Of a stretch of 64,000 bases of DNA, positions 39,261-52,664 are shown piece after piece. Position 1 is the stretch's first letter, and each line of letters opens with the position of its first letter. A program made the translations under genes and the position numbers. The notes beneath the pieces are model-generated. The model was not told the DNA's origin and did not search any database. It worked only from the letters and a program-made list of their open reading frames with translations. The stretch comes from Euprymna scolopes (Eukaryota), in the NCBI GenBank assembly GCA_053919585.1, contig CM132786.1; one strand, given 5' to 3'.

Positions 39261-39659
39261 TAAACAGCTGATCCGAGAGCCAAAAACGATTTGCAACAGT
39301 GTTCAAAAGAAACAAGCAATTATGAAGACTACAACAGTGTTCACAAATGGTCAAAAATGGTTCAAAATTCGAAAAATTAAACAAAAAGAACCTAATAGAA
39401 ATTCACTCAATAAGTGTTAGAAAGCGCCACAGTGATAATTATTCGGTTGTAAGTATGTTGGTCTTTCTTTTCTTTTTTTCGAATTTGAAACAATTTGAAG
39501 GCTCTGAAGATAACATGTTTTTGTCAGCAGTTATATTTCGAGAGAGAATTAGTTTTCAAGTGAATATAGCAAAGCTATTTCTACAGTTTTGTTTTAGTAA
39601 AATTTAAAATTTCATAACGATATTGAAAAACAAAAGTGTCGTTGGATATTTACATTATT

Positions 39660-39960
39660 TATCAAATTAACTGTTAAATGAGTTTTATTATTATTGGATC
39701 ACAAGGAGCTTTCACACAGGTCATCAAATAGCTCGACTTGAAACCGGCCTTTGGTGTTCCCTGAAAGCTGAGTGCAAACAAGTCTCCCCAGATTTCCAGT
39801 ACTCTCAATCTCTTTCGATAGTATTTGCAAATAAATTTGCATTATCGCAACAGCTGCTCGCCATTGATTTCTCGTTGTCAGCGGCTATTGGTCTTCACTG
39901 GAATTTGAGTGACAATAAGTCTCCCCCAGGGCCCCAGTTCTCTCTGCACTTATTATTATT
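39660..39960 (-). mobile_element. R4/Dong-like LINE (or related SINE) 3'-end fragments
   Basis: Two gagtg..aagtctcccc tail motifs next to (att)n; similar sequence at 55990-56330. Confidence 0.4.
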
Positions 39961-40179
39961 ATTAGAGTTTATTATCTATTATTTGTTTTCCTTAATTGTA
40001 TGTGTGTTAGGGTAAAAAAGCGGCACGAAACAGTCTAAAATATCTTTTAACCTCGCAAAAGGAATTACTATATCAGTAAGAAAAATTGGAAAAAGAAAAA
40101 ATCTAACTTTTAATTAAATTCTACAACAAATCTTTGAAATGTTTTAATGTGTAAATATTTATGCACTATTAACTTTGTT

Positions 40180-40420
40180 TACACTAACAATATTTGTTTT
40201 AATTTAAGTTGTTTTTATTTTTGTTAACCTATTGTTCGTTTTTCAGTTAAACTAACTTATCGTTCGTTTTTGTTTTAAAAATATTGTCGGTTTTGATTTT
40301 AAAATGATATCGTTCGTTCGGATTTAAACAAAATGCATTGTTGTTCGTTTTCGTTTGAAAACATTATTTATTGTTGTTCGTTGTAATTAAATAACGATTT
40401 ATCGTTTGATTTATTTCGGC
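40180..40420. repeat. Degenerate tcgtt/ttcgtttt motif cluster (MITE subterminal-repeat-like)
   Basis: Several gttcgttt/atcgtt motifs at roughly 25-30-bp spacing. Confidence 0.45.
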
Positions 40421-40929
40421 TGTTCAATAATTGTCTATTGCTTTAATTCACATTTCATATTTTGCAATATTTGTCTTCTGCCTTTATTAAAGTTAAGTTT
40501 TACTATGAATCGAATCGTATTCATTTTTTTCTTTTTAAATGTAAAAGTAAATAATGAACGTATTTTAGTCTTTAAAATCCATCCAATGTTTAACTACTCT
40601 GAACGCATAAACACAAAACATTTCCGTTTTGAATTCTTTTATTAAATGTAATAATAAATCAATTTCAGTACTAATCATCGTGTACTTTATTTTCTCTTTT
40701 TTAATACAATTTAAAATTTTTCTAATGCTCTTTGTAAAAATTTTGATTCATTATCGACAGTCTAACTCTTCGACAGACCCTACTTGCTAGGACCTTAAAG
40801 ATGACATTGTTGTTCAGTTAACGGACCCTAATGATATAAATATTACGAAGACCACGCAATTATAAGTTAAACGACTCTGGCGTCGCCTTTTTGCCGTGGG
40901 CGAGTCCGACTAAAACACTAACACAAGTC

Positions 40930-41110
40930 TTTAGCTTTTCCGCGCGTGTCCATCTGATAAGCTGAGTGTGGCTAGTTCGAATCCAATTCTTTTAAAAAAA
41001 CCTTTTCATCCGTGGATGTTAATAACGTGCACTTGGTCCCTTTCGGAAGTACCTGATATCTTTCTAGAAAAAATTCTAACTAGAAAGATATTGGAGAAAC
41101 GAATGCTAAC
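40930..41110 (+). mobile_element. tRNA-derived SINE remnant
   Basis: B box GTTCGAATCC at about 40975; body shared with 17615-17780; ends in an (atc/aat)-like tail. Confidence 0.55.
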
Positions 41111-41840
41111 AATAATCATCTAATTCATACTAAATGATTAAATAAATAATGGTGATGGTTATGATCATCATTATCATNNNNNNNNNNNNNNNNNNNNNNN
41201 NNNNNNNNNNNNNNNNNNNNNNNNNNNNNNNNNNNNNNNNNNNNNNNNNNNNNNNNNNNNNNNNNNNNNNNNNNNNNNNNNNNNNNNNNNNNNNNNNNNN
41301 NNNNNNNNNNNNNNNNNNNNNNNNNNNNNNNATCTCAATATATCTATTTGAGATGAATTCTTTAATAATTATTTCACAAAACATACAGGGAGAAGTCAAT
41401 CAGAGAATGTAATTCCGACAGCAAAATCAATTTTATCGATTACAAGTGATCACGTATCAACCCTAATGACACTGACTGATTAAGTTGTTCATAAAAATAA
41501 CCACTATTTCGGTCTATTTTTTAATCGTCCAAGAGGAATACAAAATGAAACAGAAATGTCAATTAAAATATTCTCTCGTAAACAGTCCTATCTGAAAACT
41601 TAAAAGATGGATGCAATCTACATTTGGTGATTATTAGTCATGACTTGTGATAAAAAAGTGAGGACATATTTAGTGGCCATCATTTTAAGAAATCAAGACA
41701 TTTTGCTACTCCGAGACTGCGAGATTGAATCTAAAACTGGCTGAATGACACTTCTATTTATAATGAAACTATAATAACCAAGAAACAGCTCGTAAATTAC
41801 ATTACATTTTTAGTTATACCAATAATTTCAAATAAGTACC

Positions 41841-41891
<51 letters not shown>
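41841..41891. repeat. (AAT)n microsatellite
   Basis: Direct reading. Confidence 0.98.
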
Positions 41892-41892
<1 letters not shown>

Positions 41893-42042
41893 TTGCAGAA
41901 CCTGTGAAAATTCCACAGTAGTTGAAAATGTTTAAAACACAAATAAAATGAATAAAAAATGAAATAAACAGCGAATTAAAAACAATTTTTAGCAAATTCT
42001 TTTTTCGCCTTTTAAAGCTAAAAAGAATTGATTCAAAAATTT

Positions 42043-42779
42043 AGGGCGGACGTTTCGGAAATGCATCCCCTCTAAATTCCACAATTTATGCCTTTATTTT
42101 CTTTTTCCACGTTAATCTCATTGATTACAAAATTAACTTTCATATTAAAAGAAAAAATTTGAAAAAAATAATTTTTATGCTCGTCGGAAATTGGGTTTCA
42201 ATTCTACTAAATTGAACACGTACTTCGTGACCATCGAAGAGAAAAATAATGCGACTCTCTCACCCAATCGGTGTTAAATCCCGTCTAAAATAAGGGGTTC
42301 GGGATTGTTCACAAAATAAAAAACACAACTTGTTGGTTGCAACAAGATGTTTTGCCTATGTATAGTGTAACACATTATTTTTCGTAAAAATGTGCAAAAG
42401 GTCTTTGGGTGGGCATTTTCCTATAGTCGGAATTCTTTCAAGTGAGACGATGCGGAGGAAATACATAAGATAGATGAGAAATAGAGAGGCGTGGAAAGGG
42501 GTTCAAGAAAGTTTCCTTTCTAAACCTTTTTTTTAGGCGCGATTTAACAACGGTCACATAAGAGAATCACATTATTTTTCTTTGCGATGATCACGAAGTA
42601 CGTGTTTAATTTAGTAGAACGTTACAATTGAAAACTGATTCCCTGTGGGCGGAAAAAGTCATAAAAAAATTATTTTTCAATTTTTTTTTAAATCTGAAAG
42701 TTTGTAATCGATGAAATTAACGTGAGAAAAGTGTAAATTGTGGAATTTAGAGGGGGTTCAATTTCCTACACGTCTGCCA
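42043..42779. mobile_element. Fold-back MITE with ~260-bp terminal inverted repeats
   Basis: cccctctaaattccacaattt and ttctactaaattgaacacgtacttcgtga (42043-42302) are inverted at 42518-42779. A related fragment lies at 43370-43575. Confidence 0.8.
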
Positions 42780-43277
42780 AATTTATATATATTTTTTTAC
42801 AATGAGAATTCAACACGTAACACACATTTTTATTCAGATTAAAGCAAAAAATTTGAACATAGTACTCTTAAGGCGTTGAATTCCATGGCGTCAAGCATAT
42901 TTATTTAATAGCTGCTTCCTACAAAAGCTAACGCGTGCGCAGATAACATTTTTAATGTATTTATTTACTGTGATAATTTCGGTGCTTATGCGCTTATGCT
43001 ACTCTGCTTTTTTAAAATACTATTTTGAAGTTAAATTCAAGTTTTACGATGTCTTTTTTATTTAATTGTTAGCTGAAAGTACAGAACAATTACAAAACAC
43101 CCTCCCCTCCCCATGTTATGGATGGCTTTCGAAATTACGTTATTATTTGAAAGCACAGTGACAAAGGAGCATAAGTATCCATTTTTGATTTACATGCGCG
43201 GATAAACAACCATTTTTTTTTAATTTAAAAAGTAGCAAAATACAACGAAATGAATAATAAATACTTTATCGTGTGTA

Positions 43278-43328
<51 letters not shown>

Positions 43329-43879
43329 TATATATATAATGCAGTAAGCATTATGTGTGTTATTGGTTTTGGGTTTAAGGGAGCGACTATTAAATAAATA
43401 TGCGTGTCGCCATGGAACAGCACCCCAGGAGTACCGAAACTTTTTTAAAAATAACTTTTATCGTTCGGGATCAGTTTTTCAATTATCACGTTCTACTAAA
43501 TGGAACACCTATTTTGTGGCCACTCTCTTGCGTGATCGGTGATTATTGTCGTCTAAAAAGGGGGTTAAACTAAATTTTTACTATCTTTCCAACTCGATGA
43601 TGACTGTTACAAGTGTTCGAGTATGCTGAAAATGAATATCACAGTAATGTCCTATATTAATGTCAGAAAAAAGTAAAAAATATTTAATTAAAAAAAATAA
43701 ACCCAAAGTTTAATTGTATAAAAAATGAAATACGTTATATGTTTTGTTCAACGGGTCTAACATAGCATTTGGTACAAATATTATTTTTCAGACGCTAAAA
43801 TAAAACATTACTAATATGCAATTTTGAAAGCTGAATATGTGAGTATAGTAATGGCATGTTCACAAGAATTTTGTTTGTG

Positions 43880-44545
43880 GATAATGTAACAAAATATTTA
43901 GTAGGAAAAAAGAATATAGCCATGGCATGAGTCGACTACAAGAAAGCGTATGACGGGGTCCTAAAATCATGGATAATAGACTGCCTGAGAATGTACAAAA
44001 TACCAGGTAAGATTATCAATTCGATAGAAAATGCAATTATACCATGGTGACTTCAACTGACAACTGATGAAAAATATATAACTAGGATTGAAATACAAAG
44101 AGACATCTTTACAGGTATTCCCCATCACAACTAGTTTACCATAGCAATGATCCTCCTTAACAATATACTAAAAAATTCCGAGCTAGTCACAAATTCACTA
44201 ATACAGATTAAAGAATGAACCGTCTAATGTATATGGATGGCCTGCAAGTATTTGCAAATATCAAGAAGGAACTAGAGACGCTAATAAACACAACTAGAAT
44301 CTTCAGATATCATATTCGATATGGAAAATTCGCACTGCTGATCGTGAGTAGGGGAAAATTTGGAAGCAACGAAATGCATGAAACAACCCAACAAAATGGG
44401 GATGAAAGCGCTAAACATAATAGCTACAAATATTTTGGAGTTTTAGAAATATAAACCATCAAAGTAGCAAAAATGAAGAAGAAAATTGGAAAGGAATACT
44501 CCAGAAGAACACGAAAATTCATTGAATCTAAACTAAACCCAATTA
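43880..44545 (+). mobile_element. R4/Dong-like LINE RT fragment
   Basis: AMA*VDYKKAYD, MNRLMYMDGLQVFA (HLLYMDDLKLFA-type), SYKYFGVLE, KIGKEYSRRTRK..SKLN. Confidence 0.85.
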
Positions 44546-46735
44546 AATTAGTGACACCCGACCGTGAAATGAAATATGCATTTCCTTCTACAACCCCACA
44601 TTTCCACGCTATTTTCCCATTTAAATCGAGACCGCAGACGTCCGTCTACACCGACTCCTTGCTTACTCAAAGACCAGAAACCGGCAATTTGAAGACTTCC
44701 AAATCATTTTCGGGACTAAATCCAGCGAAAGAAGAGCATGGATTCGTCACATTCAGAAATATCTCCAGCCACCCTATCGTTAAACATCCCGGTATTCAAC
44801 CCAGCTAACATCAAATCCTGGTTCATCTAAATCCAAGCATTATCTGACGCAAAGGACACGATACACTTACGAGAAATTACCTACGGACATCGTGGAGGAG
44901 GTAATAGATTTACTCAAAACTCTACCAGAAGAAAACCCTTCCGGCCGGCTGAAGGAAGCAATTCTAAAACGAACTGGCTTATCGAACGAGTCGATGCTAC
45001 TCAATCTATTTACGCAGGTCGAACTTAGAGACTTCACTCTATCGCAGTTGTTCCGTTACATACACACCCTTTTGGGAAATAACAAGATGTCGGAGAACAT
45101 CATAAGGAGTTTGTGGCTGAATAAACTACCTACATCAACAGTGCAAATCCTCGCACCAACGGCAGAAGGAAAAGAGCCAGACAAACTGGCGGAAATAGCG
45201 GACCGGATTCACGAGAACCTCCGGACACGCCGAGTAAACTCGCTACAGCAACAGCCTACGCAACAAAAAGCTGAGCTAAAATCCACGGTCAAGAAGCTGT
45301 CCAAACAATTACAGGATTTACTGAAGGCAGATCGCTAGCGCTCACATCACAATAGGTCGCCCTATAGACGAAGAAATACCAACCGAAGTCGAAACGTGGA
45401 ACGTAACAGAGCGGATGAATACTGTTTCTACAACAGTAAATTCGGCAGTAAAGCGCGACGCTGTACCCATCCTTGTTCCTTCGGTAACAAAACGAACCAG
45501 GGAAACGAGGATGCCAGCCAGTAAAGACAACGATTGTCGCTGGACCCTCTTTAAAAGCTCGTATTTTCTATATCCGTGACAGCATCCATAATTTTCTAAT
45601 AGACACTGGCGCCGAAATAAGCGTAATTTCACCGCTGACTAGTCAGAAGATTACAACCCAATCGTATCGCTTGCAAGCACCCAACGGTACCAAGATATCC
45701 ACATTCGGGGATAAATCACTGACAATCAGTATCGGCTTGAGGCGAACATTCACGTGGATTTTTACTATAGCCGGCGTAACGACGCCCACATTAGGAGTCT
45801 ATTTCCTGGCGAAATTCAAATTGTCTGTGGACATGACCAACCATACATTAACAGGCAACCAAACGAAATTGGTGGCCAGAGGAGTCGCCACTCGATACCG
45901 GTCAACAGGTATCAGCTCAGCCCTACCTGAGGATCCATCTATTCTCGATTACTCCAAAAATAGCCGCAGCTGTCTCAGCCATTCAGGGACACGGACACAG
46001 TCAATCATAGTGCTAAACGCTACATTAAAACTACCGGACAACCAGTACACGCCACCTCAGACGTTTAAAACCGGATAAATACTGAATAGCAAAGGAAAAA
46101 TTTCAGCACATGCTACAACAGAGAATTATCCGACCCTCAAAAAGTGCATGGTCTTCTTCCTTACACATGGTGCAAAAATCGGACAGTACATCCTGGCGCC
46201 CATGCAGTGATTTCAGAAGACTAAATGCCTAAACTGCACCGGACAGATACCCTATTTCTCAGATCCACGATTTTGCAATCGGATTACAGAACGCGACAAC
46301 GTTTTCGAAGTTGGATTTAATGAAGGCATACTCCCAAGTTCCCGTAGCAGAGGAGGATATTCACAAAACAGCCTTGACCACACTATTTGGACTTTACGAA
46401 TTCACTCGCATAACCTTCGGACTTCGAAACGCTAGTCAAACTTTCCAACGTTTAATAGACGAGGTTTTAAGAGGATTGCCATTCATATTTGCATACGTGG
46501 ATGACGTCCTAATTGCTAGTAAAAACTTTGACGAACATAAACAGCACCTGGATCAAACTTTCCAGATATTATCTCACTATGACATAAAAGTAAACGTTGA
46601 AAAATGCATCAAAAGTCAACTTCCTCGGACACACGATTTACAAGGGCGGAATATCACCACTAGCCGAAAAAGTGAGTGCCATCGCTAATTCTCCGCAACC
46701 CACATCTGTTCGACAAGTCCGTCGATTTATCTTTT
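44546..46735 (+). mobile_element. Gypsy/Ty3 LTR retrotransposon internal region (gag, protease, RT), truncated, no LTRs
   Basis: PBS-like tagtgacacccgaccgtga at about 44549. Gag: LKEAILKRTG..LWLNKLP and YCFYNSKFGSKARRCTHPC. Protease: FLIDTGAEISVI. RT: DLMKAYSQVPV..FGLRNASQTFQR..AYVDDVLIAS. Confidence 0.93.
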
Positions 46736-47682
46736 CTTTCAATCTGGGGGGAATATTTTTTGCAGTCACACACACACATACACGCGCGCGCACACACACA
46801 CACACACATACACACACGCGCGCGCATTTTGCACAAAAATAAGTTCTTCCAGCAACGGCACAATTTCAAATACGCCCACACACTTTTCTCACAATCTTAT
46901 TTTTGAAGCCGGCCCAAAATGTATAAAAACGCATCAAACAGTCTTTTAGAATTCAATTAATTCAGTTCAATTCGTTCATTCAGTCACTTCAGTCTTCTTT
47001 CTTTCTTCTCGTTTATACAACACACGAGAACATGCCTTTCGTCTTCACAACATCGTCGCTGCAAAAGCCGTCATTACCATCATTACACACGCCACGCTGA
47101 CACGCAAAAATCACTTATGCACACACGCATCCAGTTCGCACATTTTCTAATTAATAACAACGAATTACCTTCCACACGTATTACTTTCCTCATGGGACTT
47201 TTAAGTAAGGCGAACTTCGCCAGATAAAACACAAACTTTAAAATAATCTCATTATTTTCACACAAGACTGTAACCTTCTAAATTACTTGATTCCACGAAG
47301 GACTTTCATCTAACATTGTAATAATAATGACTTCGAAAGAACTTTCACCGGTCGGACCTTTTTTCATTCACCTTGTTTTTGTAAAAAAGAAAATAAATGC
47401 GGTGCACTTTAAATCAGAAAGACGTGTCATTTTGCTGCATTCTTTTTTTGTTATTTTGTTTGGGGAAAAGAGATTTAATTTTACTTAAACCTCTGAACTC
47501 CTACAAAACACATTCTCGATCGTCCGTTGTTGGCCGACCCCAAACTGCTATGCGCTCGTGTTGTTTGGAGTCTCACCTTTAACTGTATAAAAGAGAAAGA
47601 GAATGATTAGAAAAAAAAAGAACGAAAGCAATGTTTTTCAATTTTGAGGACTGCAGCCAAGTTTGACCTTTAACTGTGCATC

Positions 47683-48110
47683 TGTTTTATAGGGTATCCA
47701 AAACGTAACTAAAGGGGCTTGAACTTAAATAGAGTCTTTATTTTTGATGATATGTTTCTCTAATTCTGACACTATCTGACTAAAACCTTGAGAAATTAAA
47801 AAAGAAAATTCAAACAATCTTTATTCATGAAAAATAATGTCTTTTAAATGCTGCCCATTTTCAGCTTCGCATATTTGTGCTCTTTTGAAACATTATTCAT
47901 GACGGATTGCAGAATTTCTGGATAGCGATTTAATTCTCTTATTATAGTTCTGATGTGTTCCTTCAATTCTTGCAGATTTTAAGGTTTGTTTCGATCTATT
48001 TTGTGACTTGAGCTATCTCTTATATTAAAATGCCGTCGATAAGCTCATTGAATCAAAATAAATGACCTCTGATTTCGGTAAAACAATTTAACAACTTGGG
48101 TACGTTGTTC
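47683..48110 (-). mobile_element. rosa/DD41D-like Tc1-mariner 3' remnant
   Basis: Minus strand reads LKS..RNKP.NLQELKEHIR..ILQSVMNNVSKRAQICEAENGQHLKDIIF; ta-tagggtatcc terminus. Confidence 0.65.
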
Positions 48111-48229
48111 GATGCGATACTTATTCATAATTAATTTCCAAAATAATATCTGTAAAATATCTGAAATAGCGACCAAAATAATCGATTATTGAAAAATGAC
48201 AAAAAAGTTCAACCATTCATAACATTTAA

Positions 48230-48412
48230 GGTATAAAAGCTCTCAGGTCGCACATGTCATCTGTCAAACTGTTGATTTAGCAGGTTTGACATTTCGGATA
48301 TCTGCACTAGCCTTTCGCTGCGTCCCCCACAAGTACGTGATAACTCTGGCAGAAGGTTCATTGTTCAGGAAGCCCCAAGTTCCCAAAATAGAAGCCTCCT
48401 GATTGTGCCATA
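48230..48412. repeat. Dispersed repeat copy 1 (LTR-like)
   Basis: Shares ctgtcaaactgttga, atatctgc, acaagtac, tctggcagaag and ttgtgcca with 51988-52173. Confidence 0.7.
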
Positions 48413-48959
48413 TTCGTCCCACCATTATTTTGTCACATTTGCTCTCTCTTGCTCAAATAAAATCAGAAGAAGATTGCTAACAGAATAATTAGATTTGGAT
48501 AGTCTCTTTTACTCTTTATCTTTTGTTTATAGAACAATATTTAAATTCTTTTCTCTCTTTTTTGCTTTTTTGTTGTAAAAGACATTAATCGTTCCCTTTT
48601 TAACTAGTATATTAAATTTGTTATTTTTTGAAATACATTAATCGTCCCTTCTTTTTATAGTCATTAATTCTACTTTTATAAGAAGTAGTTCTTAATTGTT
48701 CGACAATTATTTTCGGTTTCTGCCATTTATGTACCAACTTATTCGCCGTTTGAAAACCTTTTTGCTTTTTCGTCGGCTATTAACGATTCTGTAATGTGAG
48801 AAAGAGGTATTTTCAAGAATTTTCGGAATTAGAGTTTCCCAAATATTCTCTTACGTTTTTGGACTGTGGCTTGATACTGACGGGGGTGGGTTATTTTTTG
48901 TTTGTTAGAAACTACTTACACAGACGCAACTGGTAGCACAACACATAGTTTCTCTATAT

Positions 48960-51340
48960 CTCATTCCCAATCACAAACGGTTATGTTTCTACCACGTTTC
49001 CCTGACCAGCAAGAACAACACGCATCACTTTTAGATCTGCTTCTGACAACACTCGCCGATGATTGCGTTACGAATGCCCACAGCCCACTTGTAAATGCTG
49101 ATCATGTAGTGATAATAGTTGAAATCACACTAAACTCTAGAGTCAAAACGAAAAAGCCATTACTGAAAACGAGATATTATAAAAAGGCTGAATGGGAAGC
49201 CATCAGGGATCTCATCAGAGACGCCCCATGGCGAAATATCTTCTCACTTCCTGGTGAACAGTGCGCACATGAGACCACTGAGTGGTCAAAACAACAACTG
49301 AAGCACATGTTCCCACGCGGAAGTTTTATAGCAAGCACAATTCTCCCCAATGGTTTACTTCTACGTGTGCGGCTGCCATCGCGCAAAGGCAGCATGCGTA
49401 CCGCAGATTTAACCGACATAATAAATCCATTTCAAACAGACAAAAGTATATAGAAGCCAGAAATAACTTTAAGAAAGAAATAGCGACAGCTAAGAGAGAA
49501 TTTACTGAAACCACCAAAAAAACGCATCGAAGCACAGAAATTAGGAACCTGTGACTTCTGAGAAATCTACAACAGTGTAGTAAATAATTCTCTCACTATC
49601 CAACAACCATGAGGTTGTTTGCTCAGCAACTGAGAAGGCTAACATGCTTGCCAATCATTTCGCCTCCAACTTCACACTGGACCCTGCAAACCACCCCTTC
49701 CCTGGCTTTCCTTTGCGGACAGACGCCACACTAGACGATCTGAAAATCATCCCTTCTCAGGTGCATGCCATCATAAAAAATCTTGACACTTCAAAAGCAT
49801 GTAGAGCTGATCTCATCCCGGCTATGCTATTAAAAAAGTGTTCCGCCAAAGTAGCTCCAATCCTCTCCAAACTTTACCACAAATGCCTTAATGAATCTTG
49901 CTTTCCTACCTGCTGGAAAACTGCTTCTGTTGTACCAGTTTTCAAGAATTCTGGTGAAAGAACTGACCCAGTAAATTCCCGCCTAATTAGCCCCCTCCCA
50001 AAATATTTGAGTCTATTATTAGCCAAGCTCTAGTCCATCACCGTACAGATGCTAAACGTCTGACCGACCAACAATACGGATTTAGGCAAGCCCGTTCCAC
50101 GGCAGATATCCTAACTTTAATCTCTGGGCGTATATACTATTCACTTGACAAAGCAGGGGAAGGTAGAGCGGTAGCTCTAGATATATCTAAGGCTTTTGAC
50201 ACGGTATGGCATGAAGGTCTTCTCAGGAAAATCAGATCATACGTATCACTGGAAGAATACTTAACATAATTAAATCCTTCTTAGATAAGAGAAATATCCA
50301 GGTTGTCATCGATGGTCATACATCTAAACAATATGATAATTGCGGGAGTGCCCCAGGCCTTTGACCTCTATTATTCCCAATATTCATAAATTACCTCCCT
50401 GACAAAATTGTCGGTGGGATGGGTATATATGCTGATGACACCACTCTCTATAACCGACACGACAGGAAAACAAATGAACATGTATCTAGAGAAATAGCAG
50501 AAACACTAGAGGATAACCTCCAATCTGTAGTGGAATGGGGACCAAAATGGATGGTCACATTCAATGCTGCTAAGACTAAACTTGTTTCCTTCAATAACTA
50601 CAAGAAACCTCTTGCACCAATAGCAATGCCCAAATAATCTTTATCTGGAAGTACATCTTTTAAACTCCTCCGCCAAACGTTCCCAGGAAACGTGAGTTGT
50701 ATAAATTACATTGAGTGCATTACCAGAAACGCTGCGAAGAAGGTAGCTCCTCTTTACCGTGCTAGAAAGCTACTAACGCCCGAAAGTATCCTGTACCTCT
50801 ATAAGGCCACCATTCGCCCATGTATGGAGTATTGTTATATTTGGGATGGTGCATCTGCTGCTAGTCTCTCACTCCTAGACAGGGTTCAAAAAAGAGTCGC
50901 CAACCTAATAGGTCCTGAACTATCATCTAAGCTTCAGCCTCTGTCCCATCGACGAAATGTAGCATCCTTCTGCCTGTTCTACAAGTATGTCACTGGGGAA
51001 TGCTCTGACGAACTTCAAGCACTTGTGCTTCCTCGACGTAAATACCCCCGAAAATCCCCACAAGCAGCAAAATCCTACCCCTTCACAGTTTAGATCCCTA
51101 GATGTAAGAGTGACTTCTACTTCAGTAGTTTCTTCCTGAGAACCGCTGAACTTTGGAATTCCCTTCCGAGTTCATGCTTCCCCAACTGTACTGATATGCA
51201 GAAGTTCATGTGTAACGTGAACCGACATCTTGCTGCCCAACTCCCCACATAGTACCCCTGTAGCTTATGTCCCTGATAGTAGCCCCCTACAGAAAATTGG
51301 CAATGTGCCTTATTTGGGGTGAAATTGCAATAAAAAAAAT
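48960..51340 (+). mobile_element. CR1/Jockey-group LINE ORF2 (end of APE, RT, C-terminus) with 3' UTR; most complete copy in the window
   Basis: RFPD..SLLDLLLT..DH (APE end), WKTASVVPVFKN.GERTDP, QYGFRQARST, ALDISKAFD.VWH, YADD, LYKATIRPCMEY, LQPLSHRR, then aataaaaaaa tail. Confidence 0.93.
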
Positions 51341-51639
51341 GATCTAACAGTATACGAGAATGCGGTGCATGGTGGTAACCTGACACTACCGTTGATATTG
51401 CTATTCAGTGGGATGTTCACTTCCTTTACATTTATTTAGTTGGGATAAGAGATTATTTGGGTTTGGTATATTTGTAATCTGTTTGAGCCAAATATCAACT
51501 CCCGATCCAAGTTTGAAGTGATAAATAACCTGGACGAAGTTTTTGTGTTTCTTCATTTTAAAGGCTAAATGTATCATACTATTTAGTGGCATCATTTGCC
51601 TGTCTGCGAGAGGAACTGTTAGGTTAAAATCTCTTAGTT

Positions 51640-51850
51640 CCACTTTATGTGTTTTATATTTCTCAAATACTGATGTTTTGAAAAGCGAGACTTCCAACTA
51701 AGTGTCGATCAGTGCTGCTATCGGTTTACCTCTGCTCTCACCACCTCCTTGACATCCATGACCTCTAGTGTTCATTTTGCCAGGTTTTCTTTCTTTAAAG
51801 ACTTGAAAGGTCTGCATATCCGTGTACTTGGCTCCTGATTAAACTAGTGG
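51640..51850 (-). mobile_element. RTE-like LINE C-terminal fragment
   Basis: SRGKPIAALIDT resembles the RTE RxRGRP..xIDT terminus. Confidence 0.4.
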
Positions 51851-51854
51851 TTAG

Positions 51855-52173
51855 TGTGACTTTTGTTTTATTATCGTGTATGCGTTAATCTCTTTCCATT
51901 TCTTTCGTTCTTGTATCTTTCGAATCACTCTCTTTCTCCCCCCGTTCTAGGGACATATGCCAGGTTGACTTTTCACCGTCCACCTAATTACATAAACAAT
52001 CTCGGTTGCAACCGTCGCCTGTCAAACTGTTGAGTTGGGAAGGCCGGTATCTTGAATATCTGCGCCAGCTCGTCGCTGTACACCCCCCGACAAGTACATG
52101 ATATGTCTGGCAGAAGATTTACTCTTCGGGAAGGCTAAGTTTCTCAAAAATAGAGCCCCCCCGTTGTGCCACA
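51855..52173. mobile_element. Candidate solo LTR (dispersed repeat copy 2)
   Basis: TGTGAC...GCCACA termini; AATAAA on the minus strand about 10 nt from the end; homology to 48230-48412. No TSD seen. Confidence 0.45.
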
Positions 52174-52174
52174 C

Positions 52175-52560
52175 ACGGCCTTCCATATGTAGTTTTCATA
52201 TTCCTTTTCGGATAGTTTGGGGCACTCACTTACTATGTAGTTTATTGTTTAGTCTCTTTACGCACAGGGTCTATTCTTACTGTTTTCTTGTTTTTTAGCT
52301 TTAATGCTGTAGTTTCTAATCTCATTGTTCTCTGCGCTTATAGATAAGGATTTTCTTTCTCTGTTCGTGCGTTTTTTGCCATATGATTCTCTTCTTTTGT
52401 TATTCTAATAAATCATCCATGTAATTCTTTCTCTCGTCACTTTTCATTTGTTGTCTTTTTGTTTCCGTTTTCATCGCAACCTGTATTGTTCTTCTGATAT
52501 ACTTTTTTGTGTCTTATATGCACTCTTCTATGTTAATTTCACATAGAATCAGTCAATATC
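52175..52560 (-). mobile_element. R4/Dong-like LINE C-terminal fragment
   Basis: HIVSECPKLSEKEY resembles the CCHC knuckle region preceding the restriction-like endonuclease. Confidence 0.55.
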
Positions 52561-52664
52561 GTTAATGCATTTTAAATTTTTATTCGTTTTCTCAGGTTCT
52601 AGTAAAAGGCACAAACTTAACTTTTTAGTTTTATGATCAAATTCACAAAATCCTTCTTTCGTCT

